A stretch of 64,000 nucleotides of DNA from an uncultured Acidobacteriota bacterium (GCA_963843575.1 CAWJKZ010000019.1:32001-96000), one strand, 5' to 3'. Positions 49,781 to 58,707 are shown, counted from the first letter of the stretch. Program-made: numbers and translations. The notes: a model not told the origin generated them from the letters alone.

Positions 49781-50227
49781 TCACACGACCGTCGTGCCGG
49801 TCCCCGGGATGAATGACAGCAGCCTGTCGATGCCCGCCTGCGCCACATCCCGGTCCTGCTCCGGCGAACCCGAACTGCAGCCGACACCGCCGGCGATCAG
49901 GCCGTCGACAAAAACCGGCAGCCCCCCGCCGACAATCATGAACCTCCCCTGGTTGGAGGTGTGGATGCCGAACGCGGGTCCCCCGGCCCCCGCCACCGCG
50001 GCATACTCGTGCGTCGCCCGGCGCGCGCAGGCCGCCGTAAAGGCCTTGTTGATGGCGACATCGATGCTCGTCAGCCGCGCCCGGTCCATGCGGATGAACG
50101 CCAGAAGATGTCCGCCGTCGTCCACCACCGCGATGTCCATGTCGACGCCGATCTCCTTCGCCCTGGCCTCGGACCCTTCTAGAACCAGCCGGGCATCGGC
50201 CAGGGTTAGCCTGGGTGCCATGATCAT
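49781..50227 (-). CDS. GlcG/HbpS family heme-binding protein
   Basis: IAVVDDGG, RMD, AINKAFTA, GGLPV and GVGCSSG..EQD motifs; GGAGG before the ATG. Confidence 0.88.
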   Translation of the reverse strand: MIMAPRLTLADARLVLEGSEARAKEIGVDMDIAVVDDGGHLLAFIRMDRARLTSIDVAINKAFTAACARRATHEYAAVAGAGGPAFGIHTSNQGRFMIVGGGLPVFVDGLIAGGVGCSSGSPEQDRDVAQAGIDRLLSFIPGTGTTVV

Positions 50228-50380
50228 GTGCCGCCTCCATTTGAGTAAAGTGCGTGGCTCTCCGGCAGCCGAATCCGGAATCCGCCTGCCCGCTCGTCCC
50301 GGAGGGGCGGAACGAGCCGACGGGATGATATCATGCATGCGGGCGGGGGAAAGAGCTCAACGAATGAAGGGGGAGGAGGG

Positions 50381-51145
50381 GTGATCGAGGGGATCGAGGT
50401 GGTCTTTTTCGATGCGGCCGGAACCCTGTTTGACGTCCGGGGCTCGGTCGGTCACACCTACGCCGCCGTCGCGGCCCGTTACGGAGTCGAAGCAGACCCG
50501 CGCGAGGTGAACCGCGAGTTCGCCGCCGCGTTCCGGGAGCAGTCCCTCCGCGGGTTCGAGCCGTTCGCCCCCGACCTCCCCCTCGCCGAAAAGCAGTGGT
50601 GGTTCGAGGTCGTGCGCGCGGTGTTCGGGCGACGCATGAGCGCCGCGTCGCTCAAAGACTACTTCCACGAGGTGTTCGAGTATTTCCGCCGCGGCGAGGC
50701 CTGGGAGCTGTTCCCGGAAACCCGCGCGTGTCTGTCCAAGCTGCGGGACTCGGGACGCCGGCTCGGCGTCGTCTCGAATTTCGATTCCCGGCTGGTCGAC
50801 GTGCTGCGCGACCTGGGCATCGATTCCTTTTTCGACGCGGTGACCCTCTCGTGGCGTGCGGGTGCGCCCAAACCGAATCGGCGGATTTTCGAGGCGGCAC
50901 TCACCGCAATGCGGGCCGAAGCCGGGCGGGCGCTGCACGTCGGTGACTCGCCGGACGAAGACTTCGAAGGAGCGAAAAACGCCGGGATGCGGGCCATCCT
51001 GCTCGACCGCTTCGGGGAACGGGACTGCCCCGACGAATACTGCGCACGGAACCTCGACGAGGTCTACCGCATGCTCGGGCCCCCGTCGAGAACCCTCGGA
51101 TGCTCCCGGACGGCCTCCTCGTGCCGCGCTTTCTCGATCAGATAG
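50381..51145 (+). CDS. HAD-IA hydrolase (REG-2-like)
   Basis: FFDAAGTL, VSNFDSRL, KPNRRIF and HVGDS..ED motifs. Confidence 0.88.
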   Translation: MIEGIEVVFFDAAGTLFDVRGSVGHTYAAVAARYGVEADPREVNREFAAAFREQSLRGFEPFAPDLPLAEKQWWFEVVRAVFGRRMSAASLKDYFHEVFEYFRRGEAWELFPETRACLSKLRDSGRRLGVVSNFDSRLVDVLRDLGIDSFFDAVTLSWRAGAPKPNRRIFEAALTAMRAEAGRALHVGDSPDEDFEGAKNAGMRAILLDRFGERDCPDEYCARNLDEVYRMLGPPSRTLGCSRTASSCRAFSIR

Positions 51146-51429
51146 GCTCCGATGTCGTTCTACGGATTCCCGAATTCGGGGTCGATCTCGATCGCCTCGT
51201 CCAACCTGCCCTCGAAGCTGTAAATCCATCCGAGAAACGTGTGTGCCTCTGCCGTGGGGTATGTTTCTATCGAGCGCCGGTAGAGGTCCACTGCCAGGTC
51301 CAGTTCGCCTTCCATGTGACGCTCGTAGGCTTCCTGGAACAGGTCGTAGGCCAGGGCGCGGATCGTGGACTGTGGGGCTTTAGTAGGTGGGCGCGGGCGA
51401 GTGGGCCGCGTCGGCCCGACGCGGTCCAC
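51064..51429 (-). pseudogene. Degenerate small TPR protein gene
   Basis: AYDLFQEAY...[44 protein letters not shown]. There is an in-frame stop where Tyr is expected and an apparently shortened TPR. A family-A REP occupies the 5' end. Confidence 0.65.
51401..51429. repeat. REP-like palindrome, family A, copy 4
   Basis: gtgggccgcgtcggcccgacgcggtccac. Confidence 0.8.
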
Positions 51430-51556
51430 CGTTGCTCAATTTCCGCTTATTTTCGAAAAACAGGACCCAAAATCGAAAATAAGGCCCAATCTTGGCTTTG
51501 CACTAACCATAAATAATTGATTATAAATAGCTTGCCATGGTCCGTCCCCAATGGGC

Positions 51557-51625
51557 GTGAGGGCCGCCCTCCGAGAGCCCGGTCCCGACTGCCACGCGCA
51601 ATCGGGAACGGAGGGCGGCCCTCAC
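51557..51625. repeat. Long inverted repeat (17-bp arms) downstream of degP; REP-like or terminator
   Basis: gtgagggccgccctccg (51557-51573) pairs with cggagggcggccctcac (51609-51625), with inner tcccga/tcggga. Confidence 0.7.
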
Positions 51626-51632
51626 ACAATCC

Positions 51633-53132
51633 TTACGACAGGTCGAAGGCGAGAAAGAGGTTCTGCCCCTGCCGCTCCACTTTCATGAGGACTGTGCTCC
51701 CCTCTTTCAGCGAGCGGGCTAGGGCCTGAAGATCCGCGGCGCGGTTCACGGGATTGTGGTTGATTTCCCGGATCACGTCGCCGGCCCGGACTCCCCCCTC
51801 GTCGGCCGGGCTGCCGGGCTTGACTTCGGTCACCAGGGCGCCCTTGCTGGACGACAGGTTCAGTTCACGCGCCGCATCCGAGGTTACGTTTTCGACCGTG
51901 ACGCCGAGCCGCCCGTGCCCCTCCGGTTGAGTCGACTTGAACTCCTCGGCCACGTCGCTCGGCCTTTCCCCGACAGTCACCGACAGCGCCGTCTCATGCC
52001 CGTCCCGCCACACCACGAGCCGCGACGGGGATCCGACCTTGGTTCCGGCAACAGCCAGCGACAGGTCGCGGGCGGTCTCGATCGCTTTGCCGGCATACTC
52101 CACGATGACATCCCCCGACTTGAGGCCGGCCTTGGCCGCCGGGCTGTCGGCATCCACGTCCGAAATCAGCACCCCTTTGCGGCCCCCGACGTTGAAGCCT
52201 TTGGCGATCTGCGGCGTCAGGTCCTGGATGTGAACGCCCAGCCAGCCGCGCGTCACTTTGCCCGACTTGACGATCTGGCCGTAGACGTCGGCGGCCATGA
52301 CCGACGGGATCGCAAACCCGACTCCCTGGAACCCGCCGCTTTGCGACGCGATCATCGTGTTGATCCCGACCACCTCCCCCTTCAGGTTAACCAGTGGCCC
52401 GCCGCTGTTCCCGGGATTGATGGCCGCATCGGTCTGAATGAAGTTGTCATATGGACCCGCACCGATCACGCGCCCCTTCGCGCTGATGATGCCGGCCGTC
52501 ATCGTCTTCTCCAGGCCGAACGGGCTGCCGAACGCGAGCACCCAGTCGCCCACCTGTATCTGGTCCGACTTCGCCAGGGGAAGCACCGGCAGGTTTGCGG
52601 CCTTCACCTTCAGGATAGCCAGGTCTGTCTGGGCGTCGGTCCCCACGACCGTCGCGTCCATCTCACGGCCGTCCTCGAGCTTCACGCTGATCTTCGAAGC
52701 GTTTTCCACGACGTGGTTGTTCGTCAGGATGTAGCCGTCGGGCGCCACGATCAGACCGGAGCCGAGACTGCGCTGGCGGTAGTCCCGCGGCTTCTGATTG
52801 AAGAACGATCCCAACGGGCTCTCGTCTCCGAAAAACTCGCGAAATGGGTCGGCTGCCACCGCGTTGCTGTGGATAACCTGCTCCGTGTTGATGTTTACGA
52901 CAGCAGGACCGACCTGCTTCGCCACCGTTTCGAACGTCTTGCTCAAATCATTGACGGCGGGGGGGATTCCCGAATTTCCCGTGGCCGCCCCGGTGCTGGT
53001 CCCCAGCGCAGCTCGGAATCCCAATGCGCCGCCAAAGATCAGAATCAGCATCGCCAGGCCCGCCGCGAACCCTTGGCGAAAGCCCGGGCGTGTTGCCATT
53101 GTGTTTAGCGATCTTGACCCGATCATCTTCAC
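51633..53132 (-). CDS. degP: Do/DegP/DegQ (HtrA) serine endoprotease with two PDZ domains
   Basis: TNNHVV, DLAILK, QTDAAINPGNSGGP and two PDZ domains; AAGGAGG before the GTG at 53132. Confidence 0.92.
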   Translation of the reverse strand: MKMIGSRSLNTMATRPGFRQGFAAGLAMLILIFGGALGFRAALGTSTGAATGNSGIPPAVNDLSKTFETVAKQVGPAVVNINTEQVIHSNAVAADPFREFFGDESPLGSFFNQKPRDYRQRSLGSGLIVAPDGYILTNNHVVENASKISVKLEDGREMDATVVGTDAQTDLAILKVKAANLPVLPLAKSDQIQVGDWVLAFGSPFGLEKTMTAGIISAKGRVIGAGPYDNFIQTDAAINPGNSGGPLVNLKGEVVGINTMIASQSGGFQGVGFAIPSVMAADVYGQIVKSGKVTRGWLGVHIQDLTPQIAKGFNVGGRKGVLISDVDADSPAAKAGLKSGDVIVEYAGKAIETARDLSLAVAGTKVGSPSRLVVWRDGHETALSVTVGERPSDVAEEFKSTQPEGHGRLGVTVENVTSDAARELNLSSSKGALVTEVKPGSPADEGGVRAGDVIREINHNPVNRAADLQALARSLKEGSTVLMKVERQGQNLFLAFDLS

Positions 53133-53181
53133 CTGACCCTCCTTGTCGAATCCGGTTCAGCCGGACTTCTGCTGCTCTGTT

Positions 53182-53197
53182 TGCACGCGGCGTGCCA
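53182..53197 (-). promoter_or_regulatory. Sigma-54 (-24/-12) promoter of degP
   Basis: Minus strand TGGCACGCCGCGTGCA: TGGCAC with exact GG-N10-GC spacing, about 50 bp upstream of the start, next to an NtrC-family gene. Confidence 0.75.
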
Positions 53198-53348
53198 GTT
53201 GCCGAATCAGTTGCCTCGATACCGGCAAACGATTGCTATTTAAATAGTTGGTGGCGCCTTTCCGGCTGGGCCCGCGGGGAGCGGCTGCTGGGGCGATGTT
53301 GAGGAAAGGGGGGAGGTAAATGCTTGGAATACCCTGGATTATCCTGGT

Positions 53349-53384
53349 TGTGGCGGAATTGCCGGCTCCGGCAATTCCGCCACA
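53349..53384. promoter_or_regulatory. Perfect palindrome, candidate enhancer (UAS) for the sigma-54 activator
   Basis: TGTGGCGGAATTGCCGG-ct-CCGGCAATTCCGCCACA, about 150-190 bp upstream of the -24 box. Confidence 0.6.
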
Positions 53385-53438
53385 CGACGATCCTCAGCCC
53401 GTACGCCGACGGACGCCGAGGAAGCGCCGACCGCTAAA

Positions 53439-53465
53439 GTGGGCCGCGTCGGCCCGACGCAGCCC
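53439..53465. repeat. REP-like palindrome, family A, copy 5 (degenerate)
   Basis: gtgggccgcgtcggcccgacgcagccc. Confidence 0.7.
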
Positions 53466-53517
53466 GAGACGTAGACGCACGTCTGGATGCGGGAACCGTC
53501 GACGCCCGCGAGAGAAG

Positions 53518-54882
53518 CTATTTCCCCTCCTCCCCCTTTCCCATGGCCTCCTGCCTCCGGTAGAGGGTGCGGCGGTCGATGGCGAGGATTTCGGCTGCTT
53601 TGGACATGTTTCCGCCGACGGCTTCAAGCACTTCCCGGATGTACTGCTCCTCGACTTCCTCGAGGGTGGGCCACCTGCCATCGAGGCTCCTGCCTGGCAG
53701 CCGCGGCGCGGCCTGCACCTCCCCGGGCAAATCCTCGACTGCAAAAACGCCGGAAGTGTTCAGGGCGACGGCCCTTTCGACCACGTTTTCGAGCTGCCGC
53801 ACGTTGCCAGGCCAACTGAAGCTCTCGAGTGCGCTCAGCACTTCCGGGTGCACCGCCAGAGTTCTTCCGGCCTTCTGGGCGTACTTCCGGAGGAAGTGGT
53901 CGAACAGCAGCGGCAGATCCGAGCGTCGCGCACGCAGCGGGGGAAGTTCGATGGTGACGACCTTGAGCCTGTAGTAGAGGTCTTCCCTGAACTTCCCCTG
54001 GGACACGAGGGATGTCAGGTCGCGGTGGGTTGCGGCGATGACTCTGACGTCCACACTGCTCGGGACCGTGCTGCCTACGGCCATCACCTCGCCCGACTCG
54101 AGCACGCGCAGCAGCTTGGACTGCAGGGCGGGCGAGGTGTCGCCGATTTCGTCCAGGAAAACCGTGCCGCGGTCCGCTGCCGCGAAGATGCCGCGTTTGG
54201 CGGTGGTGGCCCCGGTGAAGGCGCCCCGCACGTAACCGAACAGTTCGCTCTCGAGCAGGGTCTCCGCCACGGCGCCGCAATTGACGGCCACGAATGGCCG
54301 GTCGCGCCGGGCGCCCAATTCGTGTATGGAGCGGGCGACGAGCTCTTTGCCCGTGCCGCTCTCGCCCTGCACCAGCACGGTTGCGTCCGAGGAGGCGACC
54401 TTGGCGATGGTCTTGTACACCTCCACCATCGCCGGGCTTGAGCCGATAATCACGCCGCGCACATCCTGGTTTTGGACCTGCCGGCGCAGGTCGCGGTTCT
54501 CGCGCAGGAGCTTGGCCTGCTCCATGGACTGGCGCACCTTCAGGCGCATCTGGTCGAGACGGAAGGGCTTCGAGATGTAGTCGTGGGCGCCTGCGGAGAT
54601 GGCATCGACGACCGTGTCCATGGAAGCGAAACCCGTCATGACGATGACGACCGTCTCCGGCCGCGAAGCCTTGATCGTCCGGACGACCTTCAGTCCGTCG
54701 ACCCCTATCATCCGCAGATCGGTGAGGACGACGTCGTACGCCTGCTGTTCGGCTAGCTGCAGAGCCTGTTCGCCCGAATGGGCGAGGGTGACGTCGTGCC
54801 CCTCACGCGTCATGGCCTCTCCGATCGAGGAGAGCGAGTCGGGATCGTCGTCGACGATCAGGATTTTCCCCTGCACTTTCAC
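53518..54882 (-). CDS. Sigma-54-dependent response regulator (NtrC/AtoC/ZraR family)
   Basis: Receiver domain (IVDDD, TDLRM); GESGTGKE, GAFTGA, WPGNVRQL; C-terminal Fis-type HTH. Confidence 0.95.
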   Translation of the reverse strand: MKVQGKILIVDDDPDSLSSIGEAMTREGHDVTLAHSGEQALQLAEQQAYDVVLTDLRMIGVDGLKVVRTIKASRPETVVIVMTGFASMDTVVDAISAGAHDYISKPFRLDQMRLKVRQSMEQAKLLRENRDLRRQVQNQDVRGVIIGSSPAMVEVYKTIAKVASSDATVLVQGESGTGKELVARSIHELGARRDRPFVAVNCGAVAETLLESELFGYVRGAFTGATTAKRGIFAAADRGTVFLDEIGDTSPALQSKLLRVLESGEVMAVGSTVPSSVDVRVIAATHRDLTSLVSQGKFREDLYYRLKVVTIELPPLRARRSDLPLLFDHFLRKYAQKAGRTLAVHPEVLSALESFSWPGNVRQLENVVERAVALNTSGVFAVEDLPGEVQAAPRLPGRSLDGRWPTLEEVEEQYIREVLEAVGGNMSKAAEILAIDRRTLYRRQEAMGKGEEGK

Positions 54883-56519
54883 CGCGCCTCCTTCCCGATT
54901 GCCGCCTCGGGCTGCGCGTCCGGGGCGTGTTCGGGGACAGGGAGCCGGATCGTCAGGGTGGTCCCCTGTCCCTGGGAGCTTTGGACCTCGATCCGCCCGT
55001 GGTGCTGGCGGATGATTTTAGCCGCGATGGTGAGGCCGAGCCCCGTGCCGCGCCGCAGGTCTTTCGTGCTGAAAAACGGCTCGAAAATCCGGGCCTGCTT
55101 CTCCGAGGGGATGCCAATGCCGTTGTCGGAGATCGATACCACCACCTCCCGCCCGGAGTCCGCGTCGTGCTCGAGCCTCGTCCTGACGACGATCTTTCCA
55201 CCGTCCGGCATCGCGTCGCCGGCGTTGTTCAGCACGTTGAGAAACACCTGCTGCAACTGCTGGGCGTTTGCCTCGACCGGAACGAGGCCGGCGCCGAAAT
55301 CGGTTTCGAGCGCGACGCCGCGGCGCGCGAGGTGATGCTCGAGAAACAGGAGCAGCTGCCGGAGCAGGTCGTTGACCTGGACGGGCCCCCGCGCCTGCCC
55401 CGGGGCCCGGGTCTCCGCAAGGAGTTCTTCCACGTACCACGTGATGCGCGAGAGTTGCTGCTGCACCAGGTCGATCCGGCGCGCCATATCCGTGGTGACG
55501 CCCGGGGACTCGGCCAGCAGCTGCAGGTGGGTCGACATCGCGCTGAGCGGGGAACCGATTTCGTGGGCGAAGGTCGCCGCCATGTACCCCGCCACCGCCG
55601 TTCGTTCGGCCTGGGTCAGGCGGCGCTGGGTTTCCACCAGGTCCTCGTTCAGCCGGGTGAGCCGATCGTTTGCCGCCGACAGGTCCGTCGTCGCCTCCCG
55701 CACCCGCTGCCGCAGTTCGAGGTTGAAGTTCTCCTGCTCGTGCAGAAGGCGCGCGCGGTCTGCCGACGTGCGCTCGATTTCGGCCATCATGTCGTTGAAG
55801 CCCTGGGCGACGGTCCCGATCTCGTCGCTGGAGTCTACCTCGATCCGGTGCTGCAGTTCTCCGGCCCGAGCCCTGACCATCGCCGCGACGACGCGGTCGA
55901 TGCGCCGGGTCACTTCCCGCGTGAACATCAGGTGCAGCATTACGATGAGCACGGCGACCGCGGCGGGGATGAGGAAGAGCGCAATCTTGTAGTGTACCTC
56001 GCGCAGCAGATCCGATTGCCGCAGCGTGCTCAACAGGCTGACGCACCCCCGGACCTGCTGCGGGGAGCCCTGCGCGATCGGGACGATCGCCTTCAGCAGC
56101 CGCTCTCCCTCCTGATACTGGCGCAGCACCAACGGCTGTCCCTGCCGCGCGGCCGTGAGCTCGTCGACATGGATGGGCTGGGCCGAGGACGTCGAGGTGG
56201 TTACGACCCGCTGCAGTTCGTCGCCCGAGAACCGGAACACATCGATCCGGATGACGAAAAAATTGGCTTCGACCAGTTCTCCGACGAACTTGCGCGCGTT
56301 CTCGGCGTGGTCGAGCATCCCGTCGCGGGCGAGGTCGTCCGCCAGCTGGGTTGCCAGCCGCACCGAGCCCGCCTCGACCTGGCTGTCCAGCAGGCTGCCG
56401 GCCACCCGGTCGTCGAAGTAACCCAGCAGCGAGATCGCCAGAATCGTCGTCGGGATGGTGATGAGGAAAAGCCGGAACGACAGCGACCGCGACTGCAGGA
56501 ATGGCCCTAGCCGTATCAT
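54879..56519 (-). CDS. Membrane sensor histidine kinase (2 TM, HAMP, HisKA, HATPase)
   Basis: AHEIGSPL, QVFLNVLNNA, DNGIGI, FEPFFSTK and GTGLGL motifs; GTGA overlap with the regulator. Confidence 0.95.
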   Translation of the reverse strand: MIRLGPFLQSRSLSFRLFLITIPTTILAISLLGYFDDRVAGSLLDSQVEAGSVRLATQLADDLARDGMLDHAENARKFVGELVEANFFVIRIDVFRFSGDELQRVVTTSTSSAQPIHVDELTAARQGQPLVLRQYQEGERLLKAIVPIAQGSPQQVRGCVSLLSTLRQSDLLREVHYKIALFLIPAAVAVLIVMLHLMFTREVTRRIDRVVAAMVRARAGELQHRIEVDSSDEIGTVAQGFNDMMAEIERTSADRARLLHEQENFNLELRQRVREATTDLSAANDRLTRLNEDLVETQRRLTQAERTAVAGYMAATFAHEIGSPLSAMSTHLQLLAESPGVTTDMARRIDLVQQQLSRITWYVEELLAETRAPGQARGPVQVNDLLRQLLLFLEHHLARRGVALETDFGAGLVPVEANAQQLQQVFLNVLNNAGDAMPDGGKIVVRTRLEHDADSGREVVVSISDNGIGIPSEKQARIFEPFFSTKDLRRGTGLGLTIAAKIIRQHHGRIEVQSSQGQGTTLTIRLPVPEHAPDAQPEAAIGKEAR

Positions 56520-56605
56520 GCGACCTCCTCCCGGCGCGCGCGTCGCCCGTCCCGGAGATTCACAGCGACCTCGGACCAGCTTCGGTTCCGCACGAGGACG
56601 CCCGA

Positions 56606-58441
56606 TCAGCGCCTCACGTCCAGCGTCACCTGCACGGTCAGGGGTTGGCCGTCGCGCAGCACCACGACCTCGACGGCGTCGCCGGGCTTGTGGGTGCGCA
56701 GGACGTAGCTGAAATCCTCCAACGAGGCGACGTCCTTTCCCGCAAACCTGACCAGGACGTCTCCACCGCGCAACCCGGCCTTGGCCGCTGGGCTGTTCGG
56801 ACGCACGTCCGAAAACCTCACCCCCTTGACCTCGGCGGTCATGTCCGGGATCGAACCGAAGTATGCGCCATAGCCGGACCCGCCGCCCCTGCCGGAGCTC
56901 CCCGTGGTCAGAGGCTCGTTGACCCTGGTGAACTGCGGTCGAGCATCCAGCGCATTCAGGCGGCGCGCGACGGTATACACCATGCCGAGTATCCTGGTTG
57001 CCCCAACGGTGTTGATCTGCTCCCAGTCGTCCGACGGGCGGTGGTAGTCCGCGTGCAGCCCGGAGAAGAAGAAAAGCACCGGAATGTTCTTGGTGTAGAA
57101 AGTGGTGTGATCGCTGGAGCCGTAACCGCTCTGCGACCCCTTTACTTCGAGGCCGTTCTCAGCCCCAGCGCTCTTGACGAGTTCGGCAAACACCGGGGAC
57201 GTGCCGATGCCCCCAAGGATCACCTGGTCGTTACGGCTGCGGCCGATCATGTCCATGTTGAGCATCGCGACGACCTGGGAAAGGTCGCGTCCGGGGTGCG
57301 CCGCCCAGTATCCCGAGCCGCGCAAGCCCAGTTCCTCACCGGCGAACGCGATGAACACGTAACCGCGGCGGCGCGGAGACGGGTCGCGCGCCAGGGCCGC
57401 CGCAAGCTCGATCAGCCCTGCGGTGCCGCTCGCGTTGTCGTCCGCGCCATTGTGGATCTGGCCAATGAGCGACGGGGACAGCGAACTGCGCCCCCCGCGG
57501 CCCAGATGGTCGTAGTGCGCCCCCACGATGATCGTCTCCGCCCCGACCACTGGGTCGGTCCCGGGGAGGAAGCCGACCACGTTGCGCACCTCTTTGCGCA
57601 CCGGTGCCATATCCATCTCGATGCGGGCCTGTACGCCGGTCAGCACGAAGCTCTGGGGCACCAGGGTCGCATCGATCTGCTTCTGCAGCTCCGCGAGGTT
57701 CCTCCCCTGCGCGTCGAGCAGCCGTTGCGCGACGGCCCGGGAAATCCGGAAGCTGCCGATGCCGAGCTCGTCGATCTGGGCCTCCACTCCCAGCGCCGGC
57801 ACGTCTCTGGAATCGTCCGGGTGGTTTACCGGGTCCTGCACGATGAGGATCGCGCGCGCGTTGCGGTACTTGGCGTTCTGCGCCTTGGTGTTGTCTTCCC
57901 CGTGCAGCGTCGGTTCGGCGCCGTTGAACGGGCTGGCCGGGTCGTTTTCCCGCGGTTCGTGCGCCATCACCAGGACGATCTTGTCGGTGACGTCCAGGTC
58001 CTTGTAGTCGTCGTACCTGTTTTCCTCCGAAGATATGCCGTAGCCCGCGAAGACCACCTCGCCATCGAGGCTGGTCTTTTCCCCTGCGCCGAACGGGATG
58101 AAATCCTTTCCAAGCGCGGCTGTTATAGTGTTGCCGCCCACCGCGAACGTCAGGGTGTTGCCGGGGCCGAGCCGGCTGCCGGTGGCGATCATGAAACGCT
58201 GGAAAAAAGTGCCGCCGTCACCGGCCGGCTGCACCCCGGCCGAGGCGAACTGCCGCGCGATGTAGTCCGCCGCCTTGTCGAGCTCCGGGGTGCCGTTGGC
58301 GCGGCCCTGGAGGTCGTCGCTCGCCAGGTACCGGATGTGGCGCAGATAGGCATCGGGCGTGAACGGGCCGGAGGCCGCGAACGAAAATGCGGCGCCCAGC
58401 AGGCAAGCGGTCAGAACAGAACATTTCTTGAAGACCGGCAT
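56606..58441 (-). CDS. M28 family aminopeptidase with PA and PDZ domains, secreted
   Basis: GAHYDH, GADDNASG, GEELG, SDH and YHRPSD motifs; C-terminal PDZ (SPAAKAGLRGGD). Confidence 0.92.
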   Translation of the reverse strand: MPVFKKCSVLTACLLGAAFSFAASGPFTPDAYLRHIRYLASDDLQGRANGTPELDKAADYIARQFASAGVQPAGDGGTFFQRFMIATGSRLGPGNTLTFAVGGNTITAALGKDFIPFGAGEKTSLDGEVVFAGYGISSEENRYDDYKDLDVTDKIVLVMAHEPRENDPASPFNGAEPTLHGEDNTKAQNAKYRNARAILIVQDPVNHPDDSRDVPALGVEAQIDELGIGSFRISRAVAQRLLDAQGRNLAELQKQIDATLVPQSFVLTGVQARIEMDMAPVRKEVRNVVGFLPGTDPVVGAETIIVGAHYDHLGRGGRSSLSPSLIGQIHNGADDNASGTAGLIELAAALARDPSPRRRGYVFIAFAGEELGLRGSGYWAAHPGRDLSQVVAMLNMDMIGRSRNDQVILGGIGTSPVFAELVKSAGAENGLEVKGSQSGYGSSDHTTFYTKNIPVLFFFSGLHADYHRPSDDWEQINTVGATRILGMVYTVARRLNALDARPQFTRVNEPLTTGSSGRGGGSGYGAYFGSIPDMTAEVKGVRFSDVRPNSPAAKAGLRGGDVLVRFAGKDVASLEDFSYVLRTHKPGDAVEVVVLRDGQPLTVQVTLDVRR

Positions 58442-58555
58442 CGGGCATTCCCCTTCGGACGAGTAAGCCAGAAAGGTAGCACAACCGCCGCCTCAACCGG
58501 AACTGCCGTCCCCCGTTTATCATGGCTGCTTAGAAAGAGAGTGAGTCCGGGCCTC

Positions 58556-58575
58556 AGAGGCTGTCCAACGGTTGA
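58556..58575. mobile_element. Solitary copy of the MITE-like terminal repeat
   Basis: AGAGGCTGTCCAACGGTTGA, identical to 44725-44744; no matching right end seen. Confidence 0.6.
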
Positions 58576-58597
58576 TCTGCCCGATCCAAACAAGATA

Positions 58598-58707
58598 CAC
58601 GTGGGTCCGGGCTTCAGCCCGGACGCTTTTTGCGGTCGCTAAAACGTGCGCCCGTTGCCACATAGATCAGATCAAAAGACGTCCGGGCTTCAGCCCGGAC
58701 CCACGTG
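58598..58707. repeat. REP-like inverted doublet, family C (GTGGGTCCGGGCTTCAGCCCGGAC)
   Basis: cacgtgggtccgggcttcagcccggac (58598-58624) and gtccgggcttcagcccggacccacgtg (58681-58707). Confidence 0.85.

Noticed and set aside
1828-58707. Repeated palindromes as a CRISPR array
   Set aside because: The copies are dispersed singly or as inverted pairs, not regularly spaced with unique spacers, and no cas genes are present.
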